Positions 18,603 through 26,528 of a stretch of 64,000 bases of DNA are shown here, piece by piece (position 1 is the stretch's first letter; the number at the start of each line of letters is the position of its first letter). Both the position numbers and the translations under genes were made by a program. The notes beneath the pieces were generated by a model. The model was not told where the DNA came from. It was given only the letters and a program-made list of their open reading frames with translations, and searched no databases. Source of the DNA: Thermoplasmata archaeon (GTDB taxonomy: Archaea; Thermoplasmatota; Thermoplasmata; Thermoplasmatales; GCA-001856825); the NCBI GenBank assembly GCA_049965815.1, contig JBMFVV010000003.1:19846-83845 (forward strand). The letters are read 5' to 3'.

Positions 18603-19061
18603 ACTATTGAATATACCTCCTTGATTATTAGGTTGAAAGAAAAATGAAAACTGAATATGTAAGTCCTGTGTGGGTGATGCGAAGTAACCTGCCACAGTAC
18701 TTCTTAGAATCGGTAAACAAGAAGAATAGATTGGAAGCTGGAGAAACTGGGCTATGGCAGAGAATAGGATTCATACTGAGGAACAAATCCCCCTCCTCAG
18801 ATAGGAAGACCATTTCCTACAATAGCCTGTATTCTCCGAACAAGTCTGATCTACATAATTTCCAGAATATAAAAGGGACAGTTCGTGAGAGTGGTTTCAG
18901 TTTTCTCAGTTTAGCCGATAATTTAATATTAAAATCTAAACCGATATTCATGATGCTCTATAGTGCATTGTCAGTAGTGAATTCCATTTCTATGAATGAT
19001 ATAAATTACAACCGTTTTTTTGAGCTGCCCGCTATTAAATGCGAAGGAGGTGACGATTAGA

Positions 19062-19493
19062 ATGACAACATCTCAAGAAATAGCTTCAAAAGAGAGATTT
19101 ATGAAAGAGTATAGGAGAGACTCAAACCCAGACACCAACGATTCAAGGCTTCTAGTATCGTTGCACAGCATAGAGTTCTCTGAGAAGACTAATGGCTACT
19201 TCGAAGTCGCCAGTGACATATACTTCTCGAATCTACTTTACCTCCTGTACATTAAAAAGGTAACTGCGGGTAACGACTTTGAAACTGCAAAGAACAAAGC
19301 TAAATCTGTGCTGATAGGCGAGTTAGAGAAGAAGAGGTATTCGATACTTACAAGAGCATCGTCCTTGAATGAAGACACGCTTGATTCTGTCATAACAGAA
19401 AGAAAGTTGGTCCTGATTGACAGAGCAATCTATCTACTTGAGACCGATGAAACCGATGGGGTATACTGCAACTACGATGTCCCAGATGATTGA
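19062..19493 (+). CDS. Uncharacterised ~140-aa partner protein P1 (paralog of 29512..29907)
   Basis: ATG 19062 is preceded by 'GGAGGTGA' (19046-19053). 'RLLVSLHSIEFSEKTNGYFEVASDIYFSNLLYLLYIKKVT..DFETAKNKAKSVLIGELEKK' aligns by eye with 'KLLISFHNIEFSNITKGYYRIAKNIFMSALPFLLYVKKVT..DFETVKGRAKLVLLDEMKHR' of the second copy. Confidence 0.65.
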   Translation: MTTSQEIASKERFMKEYRRDSNPDTNDSRLLVSLHSIEFSEKTNGYFEVASDIYFSNLLYLLYIKKVTAGNDFETAKNKAKSVLIGELEKKRYSILTRASSLNEDTLDSVITERKLVLIDRAIYLLETDETDGVYCNYDVPDD

Positions 19494-19591
19494 TGAATAA
19501 TATCTGAATTAATCTCAAAACAGGTTTTTGACAATAGGAAAGCAGGTCATTTAGACCATTGTCTTTGACACACTTGATATGAGAAGATTAC

Positions 19592-20359
19592 CTACTGCCC
19601 CTTCACTTCCAGTTCTATTGATTTTATCTTCTTTAGTACTTCTTCAACGATCCTCTTTGAATTTTCAAGAGTGTCTGCCTTTGCCGATACCTCTATTTCA
19701 AGCGATGATTCATTTCCATCCTTAATGGTCGGGTGGGACTTTATGTATACCTTACCGCCATACTCGCTCATCAGTCTTGTTATATAGGGTGCTAACGATG
19801 CTTCGTAAATCCCGACTATAACAAACGAATCTTCGAAATAGAAACTGTCCTTTAACTTAATTTCTCTTTCTATCAACCCTAGCATAGACCTCATCTCCGA
19901 TGGAACTCCGGGAGTAAGAAAGATACGAGTTGACTCAATCTTATACTCGATTCCAGGAGCTGTCCCAACTTCGTTCTTTAGTATTATAGAACCCTTGGGA
20001 ACCATGGCCATCTTCTCGCGTTCCTTCGTCATTTCCATTCCCCTTTTTTCTGTCTTCATCTTAATCTCACTGTAAACATCCTCATTCACCTCTAGTGGTA
20101 TATTGAATTCTTCTGCAAATGAAGATATAGTCATGTCATCGAATGTCGGTCCCAGTCCACCCGTTGACACAATCACATCGCAGACGCCTATGAGGGATCT
20201 GAAAGCACGACCGATCTCCTCCTTTATGTCTGGGACGACAAGACCTCTGTAAATATCATATCCTGAAAAGTTAAGCATTCTACCTATTTCAGCTGCGTTG
20301 GTATTCACTGTTTTCCCCTTAAGTATCTCGTTCCCAATTGTAAGGATGCAAGCCTTCAT
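19592..20359 (-). CDS. cinA: CinA-like protein (MoCF-binding domain + C-terminal KH-like domain)
   Basis: 'MKACILTIGNEILKGKTVNTNAAEIG...VIVSTGGLGPTFDDMT' is the CinA/MoeA-type molybdopterin-binding-fold signature. The 255-aa size matches short archaeal CinA. Confidence 0.8.
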   Translation of the reverse strand: MKACILTIGNEILKGKTVNTNAAEIGRMLNFSGYDIYRGLVVPDIKEEIGRAFRSLIGVCDVIVSTGGLGPTFDDMTISSFAEEFNIPLEVNEDVYSEIKMKTEKRGMEMTKEREKMAMVPKGSIILKNEVGTAPGIEYKIESTRIFLTPGVPSEMRSMLGLIEREIKLKDSFYFEDSFVIVGIYEASLAPYITRLMSEYGGKVYIKSHPTIKDGNESSLEIEVSAKADTLENSKRIVEEVLKKIKSIELEVKGQ

Positions 20360-20414
20360 GACTATGGCAGTGCAGACTGAGTCTTATTCGTTTCCTTCTT
20401 GCATTCTTCTGTTT

Positions 20415-20708
20415 TTATAAATATACAGCTTTTAGGAAGATGTCGTGGATTCTCTTAACTGTCTCATTGCTAGGCTGTCTGAATGTCCCAACATCAGTGA
20501 TTAGACTGTTAATCAAAGAAAGGGGGACTCTATCAAATAGGGGGATTATGGAAGAGTTCTTACGACCTATCTTTCTCTCCATTATCTTTCCAGGGGCGTA
20601 ATCTGAGGCTTTGAATGATTCTCCAATGGCATAAACACCAATACCGGCTTCTCATGCCGATAGACATAAGGGTACCGAGCCAATTTTGTTGATCAGGTAC
20701 CCATTTGA
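20415..20708 (-). pseudogene. C-terminal fragment of an eIF-2B alpha/beta/delta-family (e2b2 / ribose-1,5-bisphosphate or MTR-1-P isomerase-like) gene, split by the IS
   Basis: The minus-strand translation is 'SNGYLINKIGSVPLCLSA*EAGIGVYAIGESFKASDYAPGKIMERKIG...DVGTFRQ...'. It matches the family core 'NGAV(I/V)NKIGT..LAL.AKE..VP.YV.AE..KF'. An in-frame TGA sits at 20652-20654 and the stop at 20415-20417. The fragment continues the N-terminal fragment at 22606..23127. Confidence 0.8.
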
Positions 20709-20763
20709 ATATGGGCACAAATAGTAATAATATAATATATTTCTGATATATAAGGTATTAACA

Positions 20764-21360
20764 ATGAAAGCAAATGAAGTTTTGAATCTTTTGCAGATAT
20801 CCAGAAAGACGCTCCATGTCTATGCAAAAGATGGAAGAATCAGGTATATAGTAATGCCGAACAAGATGTACAATTACAACGAGGAGGATGTCTATAAGAT
20901 TCTCAATAAGGATGTGAAGAGAAAGACCGTTATCTATGCCAGGGTATCAACAGTAAAGCAGAAGAACGACTTACAAAACCAGGTTGAGCAGTTGAAGCAG
21001 TGGTGTTTCATGAATGGGTATACCATAAATGCCATATACGCTGATATTGCCCCCGGCATATCATTTGAAAAGAGAAAAGTGTTCTTCGAGATGCTTGATG
21101 AGATCATGAACCACAGGGTAGAGAAGGTGATCGTAACATACAAGGACAGGTTGAGCAGGGTCGCATTTGAATTATTTAAATACCTGTTTGCGAGATTCAG
21201 GACAGGAATAGTTGTTATTTCGGAAGTGGGCAATGCCAAACTTGATTCAGAAGAAATTTTCGAAGAAATTGTATCAATGCTTCACTGCTATTCAATGAAA
21301 ACGTATCCCAGGAGAAGAAACCATTCGATTGAGGTGGGATATGAAGACAACAAGAACTGA
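20764..21360 (+). CDS. tnpA: IS607-family serine recombinase transposase TnpA (MerR-like HTH + resolvase catalytic domain)
   Basis: N-terminal HTH 'ANEVLNLLQISRKTLHVYAKDGRIRY' followed by the resolvase motif 'VIYARVSTVKQKNDLQNQ' (catalytic Ser) and 'VIVTYKDRLSR'. Confidence 0.9.
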   Translation: MKANEVLNLLQISRKTLHVYAKDGRIRYIVMPNKMYNYNEEDVYKILNKDVKRKTVIYARVSTVKQKNDLQNQVEQLKQWCFMNGYTINAIYADIAPGISFEKRKVFFEMLDEIMNHRVEKVIVTYKDRLSRVAFELFKYLFARFRTGIVVISEVGNAKLDSEEIFEEIVSMLHCYSMKTYPRRRNHSIEVGYEDNKN

Positions 21361-22585
21361 ACAGGTCTATCTGAAGGAGAATGAAACAGTCTCACGGATG
21401 TGCCATCTTTCCAAGAACCTGTTCAATCAAGTCAATTACACACTCAGGAACCAGTTCCTGAACCATGAGAAACTGACTGAGTACAAGGCGCTTGCAAAAC
21501 AGCTTTCGAAACCTTCCGGCATAGAAGATCATGACAACTTTCAGAAGCTGCCGGCACAGACAGCGCAATGGGCAATTAAAAAGGTGGTACAGTCATGGAA
21601 CTCATTCTTCAAAGCCATGAGGGCATGGAAAAAGCATCCTGAAAAGTTCATGGGGATGCCTAAACCGCCTAAATACAAGAATAATGATGGCGAGTTCATG
21701 CTGATATTTACGAACCAGCAGTGCCATATCGATGATGGAATTTTGATTTTTCCAAAGATTATGAATATGGAGGTGGAGACCAGACTGAAGGATGTGGAAC
21801 TGAGAGAGGTTCGGATAATTCCACAGGGCGTGGGTTACACTGTGGAAATAGTATATGTGAAAGAGGCAACGGAAACGGGCACAACGGAACCGCGGAGAGT
21901 TATGGGTATTGATATCGGTGTGAGAAATCTTGTAACCATTGGAAACAACATCTCTGAACAGGGGATTGTTGTTAGGGCAGGATTGCTGAAATCCGTAAAT
22001 CAGTACTTCAACAAGGAATTTGCAAGACTGAGATCAATAAACGATCTGCAACACAATGAAAGAAAGCGGACAAAGAAGATGCAGAAACCCTTCACTGAGA
22101 GAAACAGGAAAGTAAAGGACATTATGCACAGGGTCTCGAAAGCAATCGTAGCTTACGCGAAGATCCGGGAGATAGATACGATCGTCATAGGCCACAACAA
22201 CGAATGGAAACAGTCAGTTAGCATGGGAAAGAGGAATAACCAGAATTTCGTCCAGCTCCCCTTTAACACGTTGATTCAGCAGATCAGGTACAAAGCCGAA
22301 GAGAAAGGGATTAATGTCATGATACAGGAGGAGAGCCACACAAGCAAGTGCAGTTTCCTTGACAATGAAGTGGTAGAACATCACGACACGTACATGGGAA
22401 AGAGAATAAGCAGAGGCACATTTCTATCTGCAGATGGAACACCAATACACGCCGATCTCAATGGATCGTACAACATAATAAGAAAAGCAATCCCTGAAGC
22501 TTTCGCCGACGGGATAGAGGGTATAGGGTTATACCCACGAAGTTTAAGCATCAGACAGATGATAACTTCCAAAGGTGGATGTTAA
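21329..22585 (+). CDS. tnpB: TnpB / IS605 OrfB-family RNA-guided nuclease-type protein
   Basis: Candidate RuvC triad: 'MGIDIGVRNL' (D), 'MIQEESHTSKCS' (E), 'IHADLNGSYNIIRK' (D). Overlaps tnpA by 32 nt. It belongs to the 'SKCSFLD' subgroup, which has no CxxC..CxxC zinc finger between E and D. Confidence 0.9.
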   Translation: MRWDMKTTRTEQVYLKENETVSRMCHLSKNLFNQVNYTLRNQFLNHEKLTEYKALAKQLSKPSGIEDHDNFQKLPAQTAQWAIKKVVQSWNSFFKAMRAWKKHPEKFMGMPKPPKYKNNDGEFMLIFTNQQCHIDDGILIFPKIMNMEVETRLKDVELREVRIIPQGVGYTVEIVYVKEATETGTTEPRRVMGIDIGVRNLVTIGNNISEQGIVVRAGLLKSVNQYFNKEFARLRSINDLQHNERKRTKKMQKPFTERNRKVKDIMHRVSKAIVAYAKIREIDTIVIGHNNEWKQSVSMGKRNNQNFVQLPFNTLIQQIRYKAEEKGINVMIQEESHTSKCSFLDNEVVEHHDTYMGKRISRGTFLSADGTPIHADLNGSYNIIRKAIPEAFADGIEGIGLYPRSLSIRQMITSKGGC

Positions 22586-22590
22586 AATGG

Positions 22591-23127
22591 TTAACAGAAA
22601 TCATAACCTAGACCATCAAATCCAATTATGACTGCCTCCACTGAATTTACGAAGGCATACGATGCGCTATCCGGTATCACGGTAACATTGCAGATTGCCC
22701 CATAATCTTTCTCCGCAACTTTATACTCATTACCTGGACTGGACTTTAGGAGCAGCAACTCTTCCAATCCAGTAGATTCAATAAATGTCTTTACAGCACT
22801 GCTATAACTTATTGCAACTGCACTCCTAATTCTAAGTTTCCTAACTTCGGATTTAAGATTGTCCACTGCCCTTTTCCTGTATTCGACCAATAACCTGCCA
22901 GTCTTCCTTAAATCTTCATCAGATTCAATCTTACTTGTCTTCAGAACCAGCCCAGTATTTGAAATGCTGGCCATACCTGGACGAATCTCATCCATGGACT
23001 TTACCAGCAATTTTAGGTCATTCAGATTAATGCCAGTTAAAAGTTCGGCTATCCTTTCGAAATACCAAGAAGAACCATGAATGTAATCACGCTTGAGTTC
23101 TGAAATTGTTCTCTGGAATTCTTCCAT
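22591..23127 (-). pseudogene. N-terminal fragment of the same eIF-2B/e2b2-family gene, truncated by the IS insertion
   Basis: 178-aa ORF ending '...IPDSASYAFVNSVEAVIIGFDGLGYDFC*'. 'DSA....V..V..VI.G.D' is the family segment just upstream of the NKIGT core. The last ~5 codons and the stop are read from the IS right end. Confidence 0.8.
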
Positions 23128-23268
23128 GTCAGGGTATTACTAGGACAGAATTAATCTCTTTCAGGTACGAGTATTTGGGTATGACCACCCGCATTTAATT
23201 AAAACTTAAGTTGGCTTCTTAAATAGTTCAATACTAAAACTTTTATTTATGAAATAACTATCGGGTAA

Positions 23269-25011
23269 ATGGAATACAAGTGGACAGTCCTGGTTAATAC
23301 TACCCTCGGTGGGCTGATGGCTTCAATTAACATGACGATTGTTCTAATTTCACTTCCAACAATCTTCCGTGGATTGAATATTGACCCCACAGCATCAGGG
23401 GAATTTATCATGCTTCTCTGGGTAATGATGGGCTACAGCATTGTCTTGGCCACACTTCTGGTAACTTTCGGTCGCCTCTCTGACATATATGGAAGAACCA
23501 GGCTATACACCCTCGGTTTTCTTATATTCACTGTTGGGTCTATCCTGCTTTCCATAATCCCTGATAACTCGGGCAACCAAGGCGCAGTGATGCTTATTGG
23601 ATTCAGGATGGTTCAGGCGGTGGGCGGAGGCCTGCTGATGGTCAACAGCACAGCACTGATAACGGATTCCTTTGGCCCAAGTGAGCGTGGAAGAGCTCTT
23701 GGAATCAACCAGATTTCATTCATCACAGGATCACTGATTGGCCTCATTGCAGGTGGATTGCTTGCTTCTGCCAACTGGCACCTGATATTTATTGTAAACA
23801 TTCCGTTTGCAGTAGCAGGGTCTTTATGGTCCATTTTCAGGCTGAAGCAAATAAAGAAGAGGGAAAAGGTTCCAATGGACATAGCAGGAAACATAGGTCT
23901 TGGAGGAGGTTTGGTGCTGGTGAGCCTGGGGTTCACTTATGCGCTCGTGCCATATGGAACTTCTGCAATGGGTTGGTACAATCCATGGGTGATTGCTTCA
24001 TTCATCGGTGGCTCAGTTCTTCTTGTTGCCTTTGTATTCATAGAGACAAGAGTCAAATATCCGCTCTTTGACCTAAGTCTGTTCAGAATTAGGGCGTTCA
24101 ATTACGGCAACATGGCCAACTTCATGTCTTCCCTTGGCAGGGGGGCAATCATGTTCCTTGTAATTATCTGGTTACAGGGGATTTACCTTCCTCTGCACGG
24201 TATTTCGTATTCCTCTACTCCGTTCTGGGCTGGGATATACATGATCCCCATGATGGCTGGATTTATTGCACTCGGACCAATTGGTGGAATATTGACTGAC
24301 AAATACGGTGCACGGATTTTCGCCACTGCAGGAATGATAATTGTTGCCATTTCTTTATATCTCCTGACTAGACTTCCTTATAATTTCAATGTTTGGCAGT
24401 TTGAAATAATACTGCTCCTGAATGGAATAGGAAGTGGCCTGTTTGCTGCCCCAAACACAACTGCCGTAATGAACTCGCTACCTGAACAGAGCAGGGGGGC
24501 CGGTAGTGGAATGAGAACGACCTTCAACAACATAGGACAGACAATCAGCATGGCCGTTTTCTTCTCCATAGCCATAACCATATTCTCAGACAAGCTTCCA
24601 ACCTCTCTCTATCAAACCTCTTTATCCATTGGGCTACCTCAAAAACTTGCGACTGCAATTTCCCAGATTCCACCGTCTGGCGCATTATTCGCTGCATTCT
24701 TGGGAATAAATCCAGCCGCTAGCTTCCCGTCATCAATGCTGAATTTGATACCTCCAGCTGCACTGAAATCGTTGATGTCCCTCACATTCTTCCCCAGTTC
24801 CATAGGTCCTTCTTTCATAATCGGTCTAAGGGATTCACTCTATGTGGCCATTGCCATGTCTATTGCGGGAGCCATTCTTTCTGCCCTCAGTGGAGGCAGA
24901 TATGTACATGGGGAGGGATATACCAGTGGGAAGGGTGCAATAAAGAATGAAACCAAGAAAACAGTTGAAACACCAAGCAACGACCCTTCACCCGGCCACG
25001 GGAGCAAGTGA
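23269..25011 (+). CDS. MFS transporter, DHA2 (14-TMS drug:H+ antiporter-like) with hydrophilic C-terminal tail
   Basis: 'FGRLSDIYGRTRLYTLGF' (motif A), 'GFRMVQAVGGGLLMVNSTALITDSF' (motif C-like) and about 14 hydrophobic segments. The stop overlaps the start of the MarR gene. Confidence 0.85.
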   Translation: MEYKWTVLVNTTLGGLMASINMTIVLISLPTIFRGLNIDPTASGEFIMLLWVMMGYSIVLATLLVTFGRLSDIYGRTRLYTLGFLIFTVGSILLSIIPDNSGNQGAVMLIGFRMVQAVGGGLLMVNSTALITDSFGPSERGRALGINQISFITGSLIGLIAGGLLASANWHLIFIVNIPFAVAGSLWSIFRLKQIKKREKVPMDIAGNIGLGGGLVLVSLGFTYALVPYGTSAMGWYNPWVIASFIGGSVLLVAFVFIETRVKYPLFDLSLFRIRAFNYGNMANFMSSLGRGAIMFLVIIWLQGIYLPLHGISYSSTPFWAGIYMIPMMAGFIALGPIGGILTDKYGARIFATAGMIIVAISLYLLTRLPYNFNVWQFEIILLLNGIGSGLFAAPNTTAVMNSLPEQSRGAGSGMRTTFNNIGQTISMAVFFSIAITIFSDKLPTSLYQTSLSIGLPQKLATAISQIPPSGALFAAFLGINPAASFPSSMLNLIPPAALKSLMSLTFFPSSIGPSFIIGLRDSLYVAIAMSIAGAILSALSGGRYVHGEGYTSGKGAIKNETKKTVETPSNDPSPGHGSK

Positions 25012-25445
25012 TGAAGAACGAATATGCTATGATATTGGACCAACTGACTGCGCTCAGAAAGCTCAGGAGAAAGATGCTGGACGAAATCAATGCCAACCTG
25101 AAGGATATGAACTCAAGTGAATTCTATGTACTGAACAAAATATGTGAGGGGTCCGGGGAACAAACGATGAGCGATTTATCTGCCTCCACGGGTCTGTCAA
25201 ACGCACTGATAACCGCTACGGTAGATAGTCTCGAAGGTCTAAAATTTGTAAAGAGGAAAAGGGGACCAGACAGGAGAAGCTACATTGTTGAGCTCACTGC
25301 AAATGGAAAGGAAAAATGTCTGGAAATGGAAAAAATAAAGAACAGAAGTATTGAGACGCTTTTCAAGAACATGACTAAAGAGGATCTTTCTGAACTGAAA
25401 GAAACATTGAAAAAACTTAATGAGCTCATGGACAAATATTCTTGA
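25008..25445 (+). CDS. MarR family transcriptional regulator
   Basis: 'MSDLSASTGLSNALITATVDSLEGLKFVKRKRGPDRRSYIVELTANGKE' is the MarR wHTH + wing signature. Translationally coupled (ATGA overlap) to the MFS gene. Confidence 0.85.
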   Translation: MMKNEYAMILDQLTALRKLRRKMLDEINANLKDMNSSEFYVLNKICEGSGEQTMSDLSASTGLSNALITATVDSLEGLKFVKRKRGPDRRSYIVELTANGKEKCLEMEKIKNRSIETLFKNMTKEDLSELKETLKKLNELMDKYS

Positions 25446-25476
25446 AGACAGGACTAAATATTTTGTCCATACTTCC

Positions 25477-26460
25477 TCAGTCCTGCAGAGCATCTATCAG
25501 AGACGGAAGCGATTCTTCATACAAATATTCTATTCCAAAATGGCCTACATCATACTCCTTGTATTCGTGTCTTATCTTGTTCCTGGCCAGAAGTTTGCTC
25601 ATCCCCTTCATGCCTACGTTGATTGAAAATTCATCCTTCCTCCCAACCTGGAGTATAATCTTTTGGTCCCTTATGTTTTCAAGCCTTTTCTCAACGTTCC
25701 TGAGCGGATCAAATTCCAACCATTTCTTCCAGATCTCTTCCCTAAATATGTGGTACTTGGTGTCGAATGGAAGGTCAAAGCCTAACCCCGGATTACCGTT
25801 TGGGGAATAGAAGGCTGCCATTGCAATTGTATTCATCGTGTTGAGTTCAGAACCGTCTGGACGTGGCTTCTCGTTTAACTGTTTCATAAACTTCTGAACA
25901 GTTGTCCCTTCCAGCTTAGAAATTGCATCAGGGAAATCCTTGAGATAACAGTACTCGAAACCTGAATCTCCAGAAACGTCCACAAAACCACCAAATATTT
26001 CAGGATGCCTAGAAGCCAGATTGTATGAACCAAAACCGCCTGACGATTTACCAAACAGACCTATTTTTCTCTTTCCGTATTTGTTATTTATGAAACTTAC
26101 TATGTCCTTAACAATGAAATCCTCATAATTACCTACTGCAGTAGAATTTACATACTGATTGCCATAGTAAGATGTCATAGAATCCGGAAGAAATATCAGA
26201 AATGAATTAGTTTTATTCTCCGAGATCCTTTCCAGTGCACGGAAGAAATCGTGGCTGCTATAAGATCTATTTAAAAAACTTATGGAACTCCCAAAGAATC
26301 CTGCCAATCCTATAAGTGCAGGGGTAGTTTCCTTGACGTTCCTTTCAAGCACAATTACTTCTCTTTCAACTGGGTCACCAACACGATTCCCCCTGAGACT
26401 TCTACCATTTACCATGAATTTCTTTACTTCAAAAGGCATTTTTCGGTTCAATAGTGGCAT
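25477..26460 (-). CDS. Alpha/beta hydrolase, putative esterase (esterase D / enterochelin esterase-like)
   Basis: Nucleophile elbow 'IGLFGKSSGGFGS' (G-x-S-x-G). 'LIFLPDSMTSYYGNQYVNS' resembles the PF00756-type 'putative esterase' family as I recall it. Confidence 0.65.
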   Translation of the reverse strand: MPLLNRKMPFEVKKFMVNGRSLRGNRVGDPVEREVIVLERNVKETTPALIGLAGFFGSSISFLNRSYSSHDFFRALERISENKTNSFLIFLPDSMTSYYGNQYVNSTAVGNYEDFIVKDIVSFINNKYGKRKIGLFGKSSGGFGSYNLASRHPEIFGGFVDVSGDSGFEYCYLKDFPDAISKLEGTTVQKFMKQLNEKPRPDGSELNTMNTIAMAAFYSPNGNPGLGFDLPFDTKYHIFREEIWKKWLEFDPLRNVEKRLENIRDQKIILQVGRKDEFSINVGMKGMSKLLARNKIRHEYKEYDVGHFGIEYLYEESLPSLIDALQD

Positions 26461-26528
26461 AATGGAGGATAAAAGTATCGTGAATATCCTTTATGGTTTG
26501 CGACTCGAGGAAGATTGCAATTTCTATT

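Larger units (their letters stand above)
20709..22605 (+). mobile_element. IS607-type insertion sequence (IS200/IS605 superfamily; tnpA serine recombinase + tnpB)
   Basis: The boundaries are inferred from where the interrupted e2b2-like reading frame breaks: the 'GFDGL' side at 22606+ and the 'SNGYLINK' side at 20708 and below. The trinucleotide ATA is present at both junctions (20709-20711 and 22603-22605). Length is about 1.9 kb. Ends are uncertain by about 5 bp. Confidence 0.8.

Noticed and set aside
18644-19060. 138-aa plus-strand ORF upstream of P1
   Set aside because: It has no convincing ribosome-binding site, it overlaps another equally weak ORF on the opposite strand, it has no counterpart at the second module locus, and its composition is low-complexity. 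I keep it only as a possibility inside the spacer finding.
19488-19530. Possible C/D-box sRNA ('TGATGA ... CTGA') just after P1
   Set aside because: The TGATGA is the tandem stop region of the CDS. The C-to-D' spacing is about 7 nt instead of about 12, and no C'/D pair follows.
20701-20716. Hairpin CCCAT-ttgaat-ATGGG as a structured IS left end
   Set aside because: Its left arm and most of the loop lie in the residual e2b2 coding sequence (codons S-N-G on the minus strand). The 5-bp stem therefore straddles the inferred junction rather than lying within the element terminus.
16354-20760. Integrated element with att sites derived from tRNA-Arg(GCG)
   Set aside because: Reading by eye, I could not find a direct repeat of the tRNA 3' half (…GGTTCGAATCCCAGCTCGGGCG) downstream, and there is no integrase gene. 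I therefore report only a compositional island, not an integrated element.
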